A stretch of DNA of 64,000 nt, from the NCBI GenBank assembly GCA_026014815.1, contig JAOZHP010000076.1, positions 7,250-71,249 on the forward strand. Direction: 5' to 3'. The stretch is from Candidatus Bathyarchaeota archaeon (lineage in GTDB: Archaea > Thermoproteota > Bathyarchaeia > TCS64). Position numbers and translations under genes: made by a program. Below the pieces are notes generated by a model. The model saw only the letters and a program-made list of their open reading frames with translations. It was not told where the DNA came from and made no database searches. The stretch's first letter is position 1. Each line of letters begins with the position of its first letter. This document shows positions 45,120 to 55,631 of the stretch, in pieces.

Positions 45120-46529
45120 TTGAAGACGCATCTAGCTCGTGCCATCACAATGCTAGCCATAGTTCTAGGTATGTTTCTCACGTTGACGAGCGTCCATGCG
45201 GTGCCTGATCTTCCTCACGCAGTGAGTGGGATTGTCACCATCAACGGTAAACCAGTACAGGAAATACTGTTATTGGAGGCCAAGATCAATGGCTCAAGCT
45301 ACTCAGCGACGTATCTGAAGGAAGGCGAGTTTGGAGTAACGCCCACCTTCAAAGTGCCCATGGATGACCCTGATACGAGCCTAATAGAAGGAGCACATAA
45401 CGGTGACCTCATAGAGATCTATCTCGACGGCATCAAGGTCACCGAGCTGCTGTTCGAGTCAGGGCTCGTATCACGGCTAGTTCTTGATGTCTCTCATATC
45501 GCTGAGCTTGGAAACGAGCCCCCTCAAGCGGTTATTGGCCCATTCTCTGAGGCAGTAAATGGTTACAGCTTTGTTTTGAAGGGAAGCGATTCCTCCGATC
45601 CTGATGAAAACTCATTGACTTATAACTGGGACTTTGATAACGGGGGCTCCTCAAATGAACCTAACCCGGTTCACATCTACCAGTTCCCTGGCACATATAA
45701 CGTGTCATTAACCGTGACAGACACATATGGAGACAGTGACACCCAGCATATCCAGGTAAATGTTCAACGTAAACCAGACCCTGTGTACTGGAAGCTTTAT
45801 GATGTCTCACTACTGGGTGAGATGAACCATGTACTCGACAGTGACTCAGGGATACGGATGGAACTCCTATGCGTGGACAACAACGGTCTTACTCTGTACG
45901 AGTATGACAGGGTTTTCCTGACCAACAATCTACCCTACTCATATGAACATGAATTGTATGGAGTTTCCTTCAGCAATCCAGATGCCACAAGCTGGCCCAT
46001 ATACATGGAGATAGAGATCCCTCAACATTACTCCACGGAGCCGCCTGCCCTTTACTCATGGATTGATGGAAGATGGACGAAATGTGGGTCATCGGGGTCC
46101 ATCATCGGTGAGCAGAAGCTCTGGGCTTACTTATATCAAGGCGACATGGGAGAAGGGATATTCCTAGTTGGCTCAGACCCAGGAGAATATGTCGAGGTCA
46201 AAGAGGTCACCGCCACCGTAACCGAGATGAATGATTACCTGATTACTGCAAAGTTACAGAGCATTGGATACACGGGCGACTACGATGTTTATCTGCGCGT
46301 AGATGACGCGCTCATCAGCAAACAGTCAACATATCTTCACTCAGGCCAGCAAGCAGAAGTAGCGTTTACGGCGAACCTTGGAGGCGGTAGCCACGAAGTT
46401 TCTGTCAACGGTCTATCGAAAAACGTAAAGTCCGCGTCCGTCCTTAATTCTTCATTTATCATTGGGTTAGGATTGGTGCCAATAGTTGCGTTCGGGTTGT
46501 TCTCTTCTAGGATAAAAAGAATAATCTAG
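45120..46529 (+). CDS. Surface protein with PKD domain and C-terminal TM anchor
   Basis: Signal peptide, SSDPD..YNWDFDNG..PGTYNVSLTVTD and a C-terminal TM plus basic tail. Confidence 0.8.
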   Translation: MKTHLARAITMLAIVLGMFLTLTSVHAVPDLPHAVSGIVTINGKPVQEILLLEAKINGSSYSATYLKEGEFGVTPTFKVPMDDPDTSLIEGAHNGDLIEIYLDGIKVTELLFESGLVSRLVLDVSHIAELGNEPPQAVIGPFSEAVNGYSFVLKGSDSSDPDENSLTYNWDFDNGGSSNEPNPVHIYQFPGTYNVSLTVTDTYGDSDTQHIQVNVQRKPDPVYWKLYDVSLLGEMNHVLDSDSGIRMELLCVDNNGLTLYEYDRVFLTNNLPYSYEHELYGVSFSNPDATSWPIYMEIEIPQHYSTEPPALYSWIDGRWTKCGSSGSIIGEQKLWAYLYQGDMGEGIFLVGSDPGEYVEVKEVTATVTEMNDYLITAKLQSIGYTGDYDVYLRVDDALISKQSTYLHSGQQAEVAFTANLGGGSHEVSVNGLSKNVKSASVLNSSFIIGLGLVPIVAFGLFSSRIKRII

Positions 46530-46698
46530 CCCAGTAACATAGTTAATTTCAGCTATAAACAACGATAATCAGAATAATTAATTTATTTGATTACCAATGT
46601 ATCAGATATTTTCACACCTTTTATGCACATTTATTTTCTTTCATTTACAGAAAAGTAAATAACGATGAATCTGAGATACTGTTCAGGAAGGAATCACT

Positions 46699-49425
46699 AT
46701 GCAAAATAAACTCAAATTATCACTATACAAATTCATTATGCTGATCACAGCGTGTTTACTGTGTTCGATCGTTATGGTCGGAGCAGCGACATCCACTGAT
46801 TTCCCAGTAGAGGTTGACATTAACTCAGGAGCGGATGTCTTCCAGTTTGCACGTCACACTGGAAGTGCTACAGAGGGAAACTGGATACTTCTATCCGGGG
46901 GTACATCAGTAACAATGCCAACTGTAACACTCATTTATTCCGGTATCTCCAGTACAAATTATGATAAAGGAGGTAATAACGTCGATATTCAAGCTCTATC
47001 AGAGGTAATTGGTGACTCGGTGATTTATCCTTATGCAACTCATCAGATATTCTCGACAAGTCAGACAATCGATTATACTTTCTACGGTAGAACTAGTCTA
47101 GCGACGGATAGTGTTGACGTCAAACTCATCAAAGTCACAGATCCGACTGACTACGAGACCGCTGCGTCAGATATCTTCAACGGTGATCCAGCGGCTCTTC
47201 AAACTATACTTGATAACCCAGACTATGATACATCAACGACCCTCGATGGTAATGGTGACATACTTGGAGGAAGCATCCCGGCACAATCCGCTGGGGACTA
47301 TATCATGGTAATAATGTGGGATGACGGCACATTGTACAAGATCTACTCTGCTACTATAGTTGAGGTAGTCGATTATGGATGCACTGTTACAGTACCTACC
47401 TCAGTAAGAGAAGGCTATGACTTGGAACTGGATATTACCTTAACAGGCGCCCCCGCCGGGTCGTACATCTATGGAGCAGCGATAATTAAGGAAACCGAGT
47501 ATTCTCTCGATCTCGCGGTTACCACCGGTGGCTCGATCGATAGCACAGATGTCACTGTTAATGGTGCAGCCTTGTTAGAGGGATCTGGTTCATCTTTTGC
47601 TCTCTTTGGAGGAGGATTCTCAGATTTGCATCTCGATGACGCCCAGACACTGTTATCTCAGATGTTTCCATCATCCAGCTACGCGTTAGCGTTCTCAACT
47701 ACAACCTCAACTAACACATACACGCTCAAACTTACAACTGAAGGACTTGATGAAGCTAATTATAAGGTACTAGTAGGTGTCTGGGATACATCAGGCGATC
47801 TATTTACAGGAGACCGAATACTTGGATTCGCCGAGGGAACTGTCTACGTTGATAAAGTCAGCCTTGGTACCCCTGGCCCACTTGTTCCCCCATTACCTGA
47901 ACCAGAAGATGTAGAAGAAATGCCTTTAGATGAGGCTGTCGAGACGATTCTGGGATTATCCACTGAAGATGCCGCGGATATAATCGATGAACTCAGCGAC
48001 GAAAAAGCCGCAGAGATCATAGAGGAACTCGACACTGAAACAGCAGTCGATATCATAGAGGAAGTCTCCGAGGAGACAGCGAAAGCTATCATTGAAAACA
48101 TTGATGAAGAGACTGCAGCAGAGATTCTTGAGCAACTCGACGAGGAAACTGCAGTAGATCTCATCGTTGCACAGGAGACTGAGAAAGCCGCAGATATAGT
48201 TGAACAGATGAATGCTACTGATGCCGCTGAGATCATCGAAGCTGGAGCCGATGAACCTGAATCTTTCGATGCCTTTACTGACATCCTAAATGAAATGGAC
48301 GAGGAGGCGACAGCTGATATTCTATTGGAGCTCACTATCGAGACCGGTGCTCAAATTGTCGAGGAAATGGCTACTAAAGACTTGACGGCAGCTGCGGAAC
48401 GTGTTGAAGCCGCGGTTAAGAAACGGCTTGCCGAGACTGATCCAGAGTTAGCTGCTGAGGTAATGGCGAAAGTCATTGATACCTTGGAAAATGTCTCAGT
48501 CGAGTCATTGGTTGACTTGTTCGTCACAATCGCTAATCTACCTGCAACGCCTTCAACTGTGGCAGATGTCTTTGAGGCGATGTCTATATCCAAGACCCTT
48601 GAGGTCATCTCGTCTTGGGTGGATGTTGGGTTCGAGGAAGAACTGGCCCTAGTATTCAGTTACCTGACACCTGATACACTTGAAGGAATCTACCTAGGGA
48701 TGGCAGAAGCTGAAAGAACTGTTCTCTATCCATACCTAGATACAGCCACGGTTGCAGCTCTACCCGCATTAGGCGAATTGCAAGTTGAGTTATCCGTTAA
48801 CCCAGAGTCAGTAGAGCCGGGAGACGATGTCACGATAACCGCTGAACTCACCAACATAGGAGACGAAACCGGAGACTATACGATAACACTGAATGTGGAT
48901 GGTGAGGAAACTGATGCGGAGATCATAACTCTGGCACCGGACGAATCCACGACACTAACATGGACAATATCAAGAGACACGCCTGGAAGCTACACAGTTG
49001 ATGTAGCTGGTGAGGCAACCGAGTTCACAGTTGAGGTACCTCTATCGCCCGCCGAGTTCCAGATCTCGGGATTGACAGTGAACCCCTCAACAGTCGAGTC
49101 CGGAGAGGACGTGACTGTTACAGTTACTGTCGAGAACGTCGGTGAACTATTGGGTACATATGAAGTCGAGGTAATGCTAGACGGCGTAAAAGTTGACGAG
49201 ACATCTGGCCCACTCTCCGGAGAAAGCGAGACTTCTGTTACCTTTACAGTTTCTTCTGACGAGACAGGCACTCACACGGTAGCTGTCGATGGGCTATCGG
49301 CTCAGTTCAGCGTGGAAGAACCACCAGAGCCACCGGCACCATCATTCCCGTGGATACCCGTAGCTGTTGGTTTAATAGTTGTAGCCGCAATAGCGTTCTA
49401 CTTCTATAACCAGCGGACTCAGTAA
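46699..49425 (+). CDS. Surface protein: methanogen-type (TIGR04279-like) N-domain, acidic helical repeats, two CARDB-like domains, TM anchor
   Basis: TEGNWILLSGG N-terminal motif, 12-aa acidic repeats, CARDB-like TNIGD/ENVGE motifs and a C-terminal TM. Confidence 0.75.
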   Translation: MQNKLKLSLYKFIMLITACLLCSIVMVGAATSTDFPVEVDINSGADVFQFARHTGSATEGNWILLSGGTSVTMPTVTLIYSGISSTNYDKGGNNVDIQALSEVIGDSVIYPYATHQIFSTSQTIDYTFYGRTSLATDSVDVKLIKVTDPTDYETAASDIFNGDPAALQTILDNPDYDTSTTLDGNGDILGGSIPAQSAGDYIMVIMWDDGTLYKIYSATIVEVVDYGCTVTVPTSVREGYDLELDITLTGAPAGSYIYGAAIIKETEYSLDLAVTTGGSIDSTDVTVNGAALLEGSGSSFALFGGGFSDLHLDDAQTLLSQMFPSSSYALAFSTTTSTNTYTLKLTTEGLDEANYKVLVGVWDTSGDLFTGDRILGFAEGTVYVDKVSLGTPGPLVPPLPEPEDVEEMPLDEAVETILGLSTEDAADIIDELSDEKAAEIIEELDTETAVDIIEEVSEETAKAIIENIDEETAAEILEQLDEETAVDLIVAQETEKAADIVEQMNATDAAEIIEAGADEPESFDAFTDILNEMDEEATADILLELTIETGAQIVEEMATKDLTAAAERVEAAVKKRLAETDPELAAEVMAKVIDTLENVSVESLVDLFVTIANLPATPSTVADVFEAMSISKTLEVISSWVDVGFEEELALVFSYLTPDTLEGIYLGMAEAERTVLYPYLDTATVAALPALGELQVELSVNPESVEPGDDVTITAELTNIGDETGDYTITLNVDGEETDAEIITLAPDESTTLTWTISRDTPGSYTVDVAGEATEFTVEVPLSPAEFQISGLTVNPSTVESGEDVTVTVTVENVGELLGTYEVEVMLDGVKVDETSGPLSGESETSVTFTVSSDETGTHTVAVDGLSAQFSVEEPPEPPAPSFPWIPVAVGLIVVAAIAFYFYNQRTQ
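47923..48246 (+). repeat. About nine degenerate 36-bp (12-aa) coding repeats, MgtE-N-like
   Basis: PLDEAVETILGL/STEDAADIIDEL/SDEKAAEIIEEL/DTETAVDIIEEV/SEETAKAIIENI/DEETAAEILEQL/... Confidence 0.75.
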
Positions 49426-49514
49426 ACATCATTTCCATTTTTTCTTACTTTATACCATAAACAGTATTACGTTGTTGTGAAATCCTCTAATTTTTTAACT
49501 ACACACTCGTTCAT

Positions 49515-51782
49515 ATGTTCAGAGATTCGGTCGAAATGAAAAAAATCATAATTTTGATTTTAATCTGGCATTTTATAATACCTGGTGTATTTGGGGTTGT
49601 TTCATCAGTCGATTACTCTCCAAGCTCTCCAACACAAGGAGACACTCTGAACATCAATATACTGGCATCAGCAAACGAAGAGGTAGATATCACAATCGTG
49701 TTCGAAAAAGAAGTACCCGTCGAGAATGGTGGATACAAATACGAATTATTTGATGTACTCATCCCACAACGCCCTAACAAGTTCTCCGTCAAAGCTACAG
49801 GTGTCGATAACTTGGTTGTAGCCGTTAGGATGATGGGGATCTGGGTCAGTCTGAATAAGGACGCCTCTGGTGGTGTAGCCACGATATCTCAGAGTAATAT
49901 CCCCTCTGATCACTACGATACACAGATCAAAGGAGACGCTGCAGTGGGCCAATCAACTGTCCACCTAAAAATAACGGCTCAAACCACAGTGACAACTGAA
50001 TCAGATGGTCATTACACTTTTTATTACGATACTAGTAGCCTGCCTCCAGGAACTTTCACCGCAAATGTCGGAGGCGTCACGAAGACATTGACCTTAAAGT
50101 CTGCTAGTTCCTCATCATCAGGAGGAACTCCGACAATTCTTCCCCCAGTAGCGAGGTTTCAACACAATGGATCGCTCTACGTTAATGACTCGATAATTTT
50201 TGACGCCTCAGACTCATCTAGAGGAACTGGGAGTATCGTTTCGTATTCATGGGACTTTGGGGATGGAACGACAGGATCAGGCGAAACAATTTCTCACGTG
50301 TTCAATACCATCAAAACATACGCAGTCACACTTACCGTGAAGGACTCCCTAAACCAAGTAAGCACTATAACTAGTTCACTTGATATCGGGTTGAGACCGA
50401 ATGAATTTCCCATTGCTGTTGCAGGGTCTTCACGTACAGCTTTCACGGGGCAGAACTTGACTTTTAACGGACATAGGTCCGTTGATCCCGATGGAGATAT
50501 AATTTCCTATCTCTGGGAATTCGATGACGGAACCATATCCACCAATGGTCTCGCAGAACATGTCTTTCTGATCCCTGGGAGATACAACGTAACTTTAACA
50601 GTTACAGATGATCGTCATGACTCCTCAACAAACCAAATAGAGATCACGGTTGTTGAGCCGCCGTCCCCAATCTCTAATGAAGTACAGACTAGATTGAGCA
50701 TGAATAATAACTTGGTAGAGGCTCTGGGAGTGAAACTTGTCTTGAACACAACGAGCGAGGTGAATGTTCTCCTTTACGAGTACACATCTAACCCTCACCC
50801 TCAAGTGGAGTTACCTAGTTACACCATCGGTCCAGTGATTGATGTAAGTGTAAGTGACCCAGACGCGGTACAATGGCCAGTATACTTCGAGTTGAGTTAT
50901 AGTGGCATGAACGTCACTGAGGCATTGGAGATGGTTCTTGGACTATATTATTACGAGGATGAAACATGGCATCGATGTGACAGCACTGGGGCATACCCAG
51001 AGAGAGATGTCGTTTGGGCTTTCATGACCCGAGAAGAGATGTCAGGTAGCCCTGTTCTTATCGGTGAGGTTGACCTACTTCCAGTCTTCAATGTATCTGA
51101 TTTGGTGTATACTCCAGAGTCACCCGAAGTCGGTGACTTGATTCTGATAAATGTGAAGGTTACGAACACAGGTGATAAACCTGAAGATGCTATTGTGTTG
51201 CTTGAGATAAATGATGAACCTGTCAATTCATCTATGATTTATCTTCATCCATCTGAGACCGTGGAACTTGAGTTCCATCACACACCAGCAGATATCGGTG
51301 AAATGACTCTACGAGTAGATGATCTTACCCAAACTTTAGTGATTAATCCGAGAACATATCCTGATCTAGTCGTTAAACAATCATCCATCCCTGACGAGGT
51401 ACTACCTTCCGAGGCATTTTCTATGGTTTTTTGGGTAACTAATCAAGGAGATAAACCATCTGACTCTTTTGTCGTTAAATTAACGGTCAATGACTTGATT
51501 CTGGGTTCAAAGAGAATTCAGAGTTTAGATGTAGGTGAGGAAATTGAGGTTTCTTTTAATTGGGTCTCTACGATAACAGGTGAATTTTCGGGGAGCCTTG
51601 ACTTGGACATAAATGGAGACGTGGAGGAAACAATCGAGGATAATAATGCGTTCAAGTTTTCTATCGCAGTCACTCAACCTTCAAATGGAAATTTTCAATA
51701 TCTCTATGGTGTCGTTTTGATTATGCTTCTTGTTCTCGCCTGGAAGATATATCCTTACCTTAAGGAAATAATTATAAGGTAA
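49515..51782 (+). CDS. Surface protein with two PKD and two CARDB-like domains, TM anchor
   Basis: Signal peptide, WDFGDG and WEFDDG, TNTGD/TNQGD, VEETIEDNN and a C-terminal TM. Confidence 0.82.
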   Translation: MFRDSVEMKKIIILILIWHFIIPGVFGVVSSVDYSPSSPTQGDTLNINILASANEEVDITIVFEKEVPVENGGYKYELFDVLIPQRPNKFSVKATGVDNLVVAVRMMGIWVSLNKDASGGVATISQSNIPSDHYDTQIKGDAAVGQSTVHLKITAQTTVTTESDGHYTFYYDTSSLPPGTFTANVGGVTKTLTLKSASSSSSGGTPTILPPVARFQHNGSLYVNDSIIFDASDSSRGTGSIVSYSWDFGDGTTGSGETISHVFNTIKTYAVTLTVKDSLNQVSTITSSLDIGLRPNEFPIAVAGSSRTAFTGQNLTFNGHRSVDPDGDIISYLWEFDDGTISTNGLAEHVFLIPGRYNVTLTVTDDRHDSSTNQIEITVVEPPSPISNEVQTRLSMNNNLVEALGVKLVLNTTSEVNVLLYEYTSNPHPQVELPSYTIGPVIDVSVSDPDAVQWPVYFELSYSGMNVTEALEMVLGLYYYEDETWHRCDSTGAYPERDVVWAFMTREEMSGSPVLIGEVDLLPVFNVSDLVYTPESPEVGDLILINVKVTNTGDKPEDAIVLLEINDEPVNSSMIYLHPSETVELEFHHTPADIGEMTLRVDDLTQTLVINPRTYPDLVVKQSSIPDEVLPSEAFSMVFWVTNQGDKPSDSFVVKLTVNDLILGSKRIQSLDVGEEIEVSFNWVSTITGEFSGSLDLDINGDVEETIEDNNAFKFSIAVTQPSNGNFQYLYGVVLIMLLVLAWKIYPYLKEIIIR

Positions 51783-51804
51783 TTTTTCTCACCGGATTTT
51801 CTGA

Positions 51805-52035
51805 TCATGCGTCGTCTTGCTTCTGCTCGATGAGGTTTTTCATTATCTTTATGTTCTTATTCAGGAGGTTTTTCTGTTCCTCAAGTTCCTTCAGCTTCTT
51901 CTCGATGTCTGCCTTGGAGGCTTCTTTTCTCATGAACTCGAATATCTCGCTGTGCCCGTATTTGAGGTGAAAGTCCATCTGCTTCTTTTGGTCTCTTTCG
52001 AGTCCACAGAAAGGGCATACGTACATCTTGTCCAA
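51805..52035 (-). CDS. Small C2H2 zinc-finger plus coiled-coil protein
   Basis: YVCPFC-x12-H-x4-H followed by a heptad coiled coil. Confidence 0.7.
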   Translation of the reverse strand: MDKMYVCPFCGLERDQKKQMDFHLKYGHSEIFEFMRKEASKADIEKKLKELEEQKNLLNKNIKIMKNLIEQKQDDA

Positions 52036-52178
52036 TTATGTCCCCATGTTAACTCGATAACTGGCGTTAATAACGGTTCCCCATGAAAATTAAGTAGTTC
52101 TGAGATTGGAAAAATGAATTATTAATTGATGTATCCTTATACCATAAACAAATTATATAGTTTTATTTCAATCGATGA

Positions 52179-54335
52179 ATGTATATCATGTGTAGATTAA
52201 AAAAACTATCAGTTCTACTTATTTTAATTCTATTAATCTACACTCCGAGTTCTTCATTAAATGTTACAGCAGACTCCGAAGGTACAAAGGTAGGGGGAAG
52301 AATACGACGTGATACAATCTGGACAAAGGAAAACAGCCCCTATATCCTTGAAGACGATATTACCATTTCTTCTGACGCTAGATTAACGATAAAGGAAGGA
52401 GTCGTTGTCGAGTTTTCACTGTGGTCTTTGATCATCGATGGCGAACTGAGGGCTCAAGGAAGCCAGGAAGAAGAAATTATTTTTCGTTTCACCGTGATGC
52501 CTTTATCCAGTTACGAACAAGGAAGAATCTATTTTACCTCGAAGAGTCCACCATGGAAGGATAATGATTACCGTGGCAGTATTCTGGAGTACGTCGAGAT
52601 CTATTGTTATGAAAACACCGTCAACTATGGCCTGATCCAAGGGGGCACATTGAAGATTGATCACGTCTCCATTTACAATGCAGAACCACGCACCCACCTT
52701 TACACGATAACAGCCGACGGGCTGATATCTAACAGTCTTTTCGAGGGAGTTACTAGAGCAATAAATATGGAGGAAGGAGAGATAATTAATAACGTATTTT
52801 TGAATGGTAGTAGTACAGTGATTTCAATAAACAATGGAAAAGTAAAGGATAATATTATAGATGGAGGCAAACGAGGAATAAACGTTAAGAATGCACTCAT
52901 AAGAGATAATCTAATAAACAATATGCTAGATAGAGGCATAAATATAGTAAATGAATTTACGCCATACAATTATGAAGAAATCACTCCAATTATCCATAAC
53001 AACTCAATTATGAATTGTGAAGAACACGCATTATATGTAGCGGGATATTCGGGCCCAACAATAAGTCAAAACTTAATTATAGAAAACTCGAATGGAATAT
53101 ACTTCAAAGAAGACGCATTCTATAATGGAACTCGACCTAAAGTATATAATAATATATTTTATAATAATGATAACAATGTGTATTTTAATCGTGAAGACCC
53201 GAGAATTGAGATAAAAATAAAGAATAACTGGTGGATGACAAACGATACGAAGCTTATTGAGGATAAAATATATTACGAAAATGACGACCCCAGACTAACC
53301 GCAGCGCTATACCAGCCTATACTACTAGAGTTACCACTTTATCACCCAAAAATATGGTACGAATTCACGCTATTCCCTCCTCCACAAGAAACCCCAGTAA
53401 ATTCTGTAGTACCTATATCAGGTAAATTGGTCCCCTCACTCGAGACTTTCAACATACAAGTATCCTATTCAGGTCCAGAAGGACAAAAAATCTTTAAAGT
53501 ACTAAACGCCGACCCCTATGGTTACTTCACAGACGACTTCATCCCAAGTTCAGTAGGTATATGGAATTTTACCGTGACTCCAGACGAAAACGTACTATTC
53601 AAGTCAAATGAGAAAAACATGCAGGTCAACGTGACCAAACAGAGCAGCGATATAGACCCGTACATATCCCGCGAAACATACTATGAGGGAGATGAAGTCT
53701 TAATTAAAGGAATCATAAACCCAGGTGTACAAGATGCATATATTGCGATCAACATCCTAAGACCCGATGGGTCAGAAGAACACGCACAAGCAACAACGGA
53801 TAACAATGGCGTATACGAAACGAAGTTTACCGGAGACGTCCCCGGTGATTACACTGCTACAATCTCATGGCCCGGAACAGACGAAGTGGAGGGTTCTATC
53901 ACGGAACACGCCATAAACATTCATCCTCTCGGTAAACTAGAAATAGTAATTCAAGATCCAACAGGGTCCCCAGTTAACGATGTTCTAATTAAATCCATTG
54001 AACATCCCATGGATCAAAGCAGCTTATCCGGTACCACTGATGAGAATGGTACCCTGCTGTTTAATGGGGTTGTGTTTGGAGATTACATTTTCACCGCTGA
54101 AAAACCGGATTACGAAAAAACTTTGTTCAATTCCAGTATCAGTGAAGCCGAGGTATTAACGATTGAGTATGTCTCCCCAAACAATGATACCAATGTAGAC
54201 ACGCCTTCTATTTCCGATGGAGAAATAGAGCAGGTAAAGGACATACCGTGGATCATAGGATGGGTGCCCAGCATAGTCATTGTCTTGTTTATGACTGTTC
54301 TATATCTTTTCGTACGCAGAGCAAACAACACCTAA
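52179..54335 (+). CDS. Surface protein with right-handed beta-helix (NosD/CASH-like) and Ig-like domains
   Basis: WTKENSPY, Asn/Ile-rich repeats, NNWW, Ig-like modules and a C-terminal TM. Confidence 0.78.
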   Translation: MYIMCRLKKLSVLLILILLIYTPSSSLNVTADSEGTKVGGRIRRDTIWTKENSPYILEDDITISSDARLTIKEGVVVEFSLWSLIIDGELRAQGSQEEEIIFRFTVMPLSSYEQGRIYFTSKSPPWKDNDYRGSILEYVEIYCYENTVNYGLIQGGTLKIDHVSIYNAEPRTHLYTITADGLISNSLFEGVTRAINMEEGEIINNVFLNGSSTVISINNGKVKDNIIDGGKRGINVKNALIRDNLINNMLDRGINIVNEFTPYNYEEITPIIHNNSIMNCEEHALYVAGYSGPTISQNLIIENSNGIYFKEDAFYNGTRPKVYNNIFYNNDNNVYFNREDPRIEIKIKNNWWMTNDTKLIEDKIYYENDDPRLTAALYQPILLELPLYHPKIWYEFTLFPPPQETPVNSVVPISGKLVPSLETFNIQVSYSGPEGQKIFKVLNADPYGYFTDDFIPSSVGIWNFTVTPDENVLFKSNEKNMQVNVTKQSSDIDPYISRETYYEGDEVLIKGIINPGVQDAYIAINILRPDGSEEHAQATTDNNGVYETKFTGDVPGDYTATISWPGTDEVEGSITEHAINIHPLGKLEIVIQDPTGSPVNDVLIKSIEHPMDQSSLSGTTDENGTLLFNGVVFGDYIFTAEKPDYEKTLFNSSISEAEVLTIEYVSPNNDTNVDTPSISDGEIEQVKDIPWIIGWVPSIVIVLFMTVLYLFVRRANNT

Positions 54336-54475
54336 TAAACACAAAAATAGCGCACCAACTATTAATTTCATGATAAATTAAGTTTACATAAAGATTAGTG
54401 GAGTATTCAGGTCTAAATAACATATGGCCTACGGAATTAAGCACATAGTATCCCATCTCACGATAATTTCTGAGG

Positions 54476-54924
54476 CTAATAGTCCTTGTTAACGAGCATG
54501 GTACGTACTTTTCGGACGAAATCGTTAACATCCGGGTCTTTTACCTTTGTTAGACGCCAGATCGCGGCCTCATCCTTATTTTGGAGGAGGTGGGATCCCT
54601 TGAACTCGAACCAGTTCCGCCTGTACAAGACACCATATATGAGGGTCAGCGCTCCTACGCCTGCGCTGTAGATCCAGTCTTCAAGGTAATTGTAGTACGA
54701 GGTTACGATTATTATGAGGCCTATTACTGCGGCTCCGATCCTGCCTCTCTTATCGATGAGGGATAACCCACTGATCTCGCGGTAGCTCAAGTCGTGGAGG
54801 ATCTGCTGTCGAACTTCCTGTCAGGCTTAAACTTCAGGACCCGCTTATCTGTGCTGTAGAAAGTGTACTTGCCTTCCTTACATGAGGCTAAGATGCGTTC
54901 ACCGGACAGAAGATGGTTGTACAT
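54476..54924 (-). pseudogene. Frameshifted bPH-like membrane protein gene
   Basis: MYNHLLSGERIL..FYSTDKRVLKF (ATG 54924, stop 54787) continues in another frame as QQILHDLSYREISGLSL into the 54476-54790 ORF. Confidence 0.6.
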
Positions 54925-55028
54925 CGGTATAAATTACCAGATTCATAGCTAGCATGATGTATAATTCATTCTAAATTCTACAATAATTATTTTAGATGGG
55001 GCATTAGTGGATGACTCTATGATATTCA

Positions 55029-55253
55029 TTAATACGCGTACGCGGTTTCGATCATTCCACTGCTTTCTTCGTCGAATGGCCCGGTGAAGGGTTCCTCTGT
55101 CTCATTGTTCTTACAGACAAGCTGCTCAAACCGTGAACAAACCTGGTTCGGACAATAATATAGGGCAAAGTTTTTCTCGTCTAACTCTATTACGACGCCT
55201 AGCCATTTCTTCATGTCTCGTTTCATCTCTGTTTGGCACTCTGGACACTGCAT
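55029..55253 (-). CDS. Small Zn-ribbon protein
   Basis: MQCPEC...YYCPNQVC. Confidence 0.6.
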   Translation of the reverse strand: MQCPECQTEMKRDMKKWLGVVIELDEKNFALYYCPNQVCSRFEQLVCKNNETEEPFTGPFDEESSGMIETAYAY

Positions 55254-55377
55254 GGACTTGAAAAACCATATTTATTTATTAAAAATGATGGGGCGGTCAT
55301 ACGTGTTATCTGTACATATCGGTCACCAATAGCAGGAAGATGAGAGTTTCGTGGGGATTATTGTTATTTTCTTTCAA

Positions 55378-55510
55378 TTATATTACTTGTACTGAGCTTG
55401 GGATCATTTTTTTGGTGGTTTCTATTGATGTCTCTGGTGCTATAGGTTCATCACGTAGTCTGTTATGTCTTCCTTGTAGTTGTTGTAACCGGTGACCATG
55501 ATGATGTCTG
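55378..55510 (-). pseudogene. Remnant of a response-regulator receiver domain (C-terminal half)
   Basis: DIIMVTGYNNYKEDITDYVM, a 1-nt frameshift at the KP lysine, then PIAPETSIETTKKMI. Confidence 0.6.
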
Positions 55511-55631
55511 TCACAGTTTGCACAGTCTTGGATGTTTTTTCGTATTTAGAGGGGAGATGGGAAGGAACAATTCCGGCGAGATAGCTGGCGTATTTGAAAG
55601 CTTATCTAATGAGTGCAGCAGATTAAGACTC

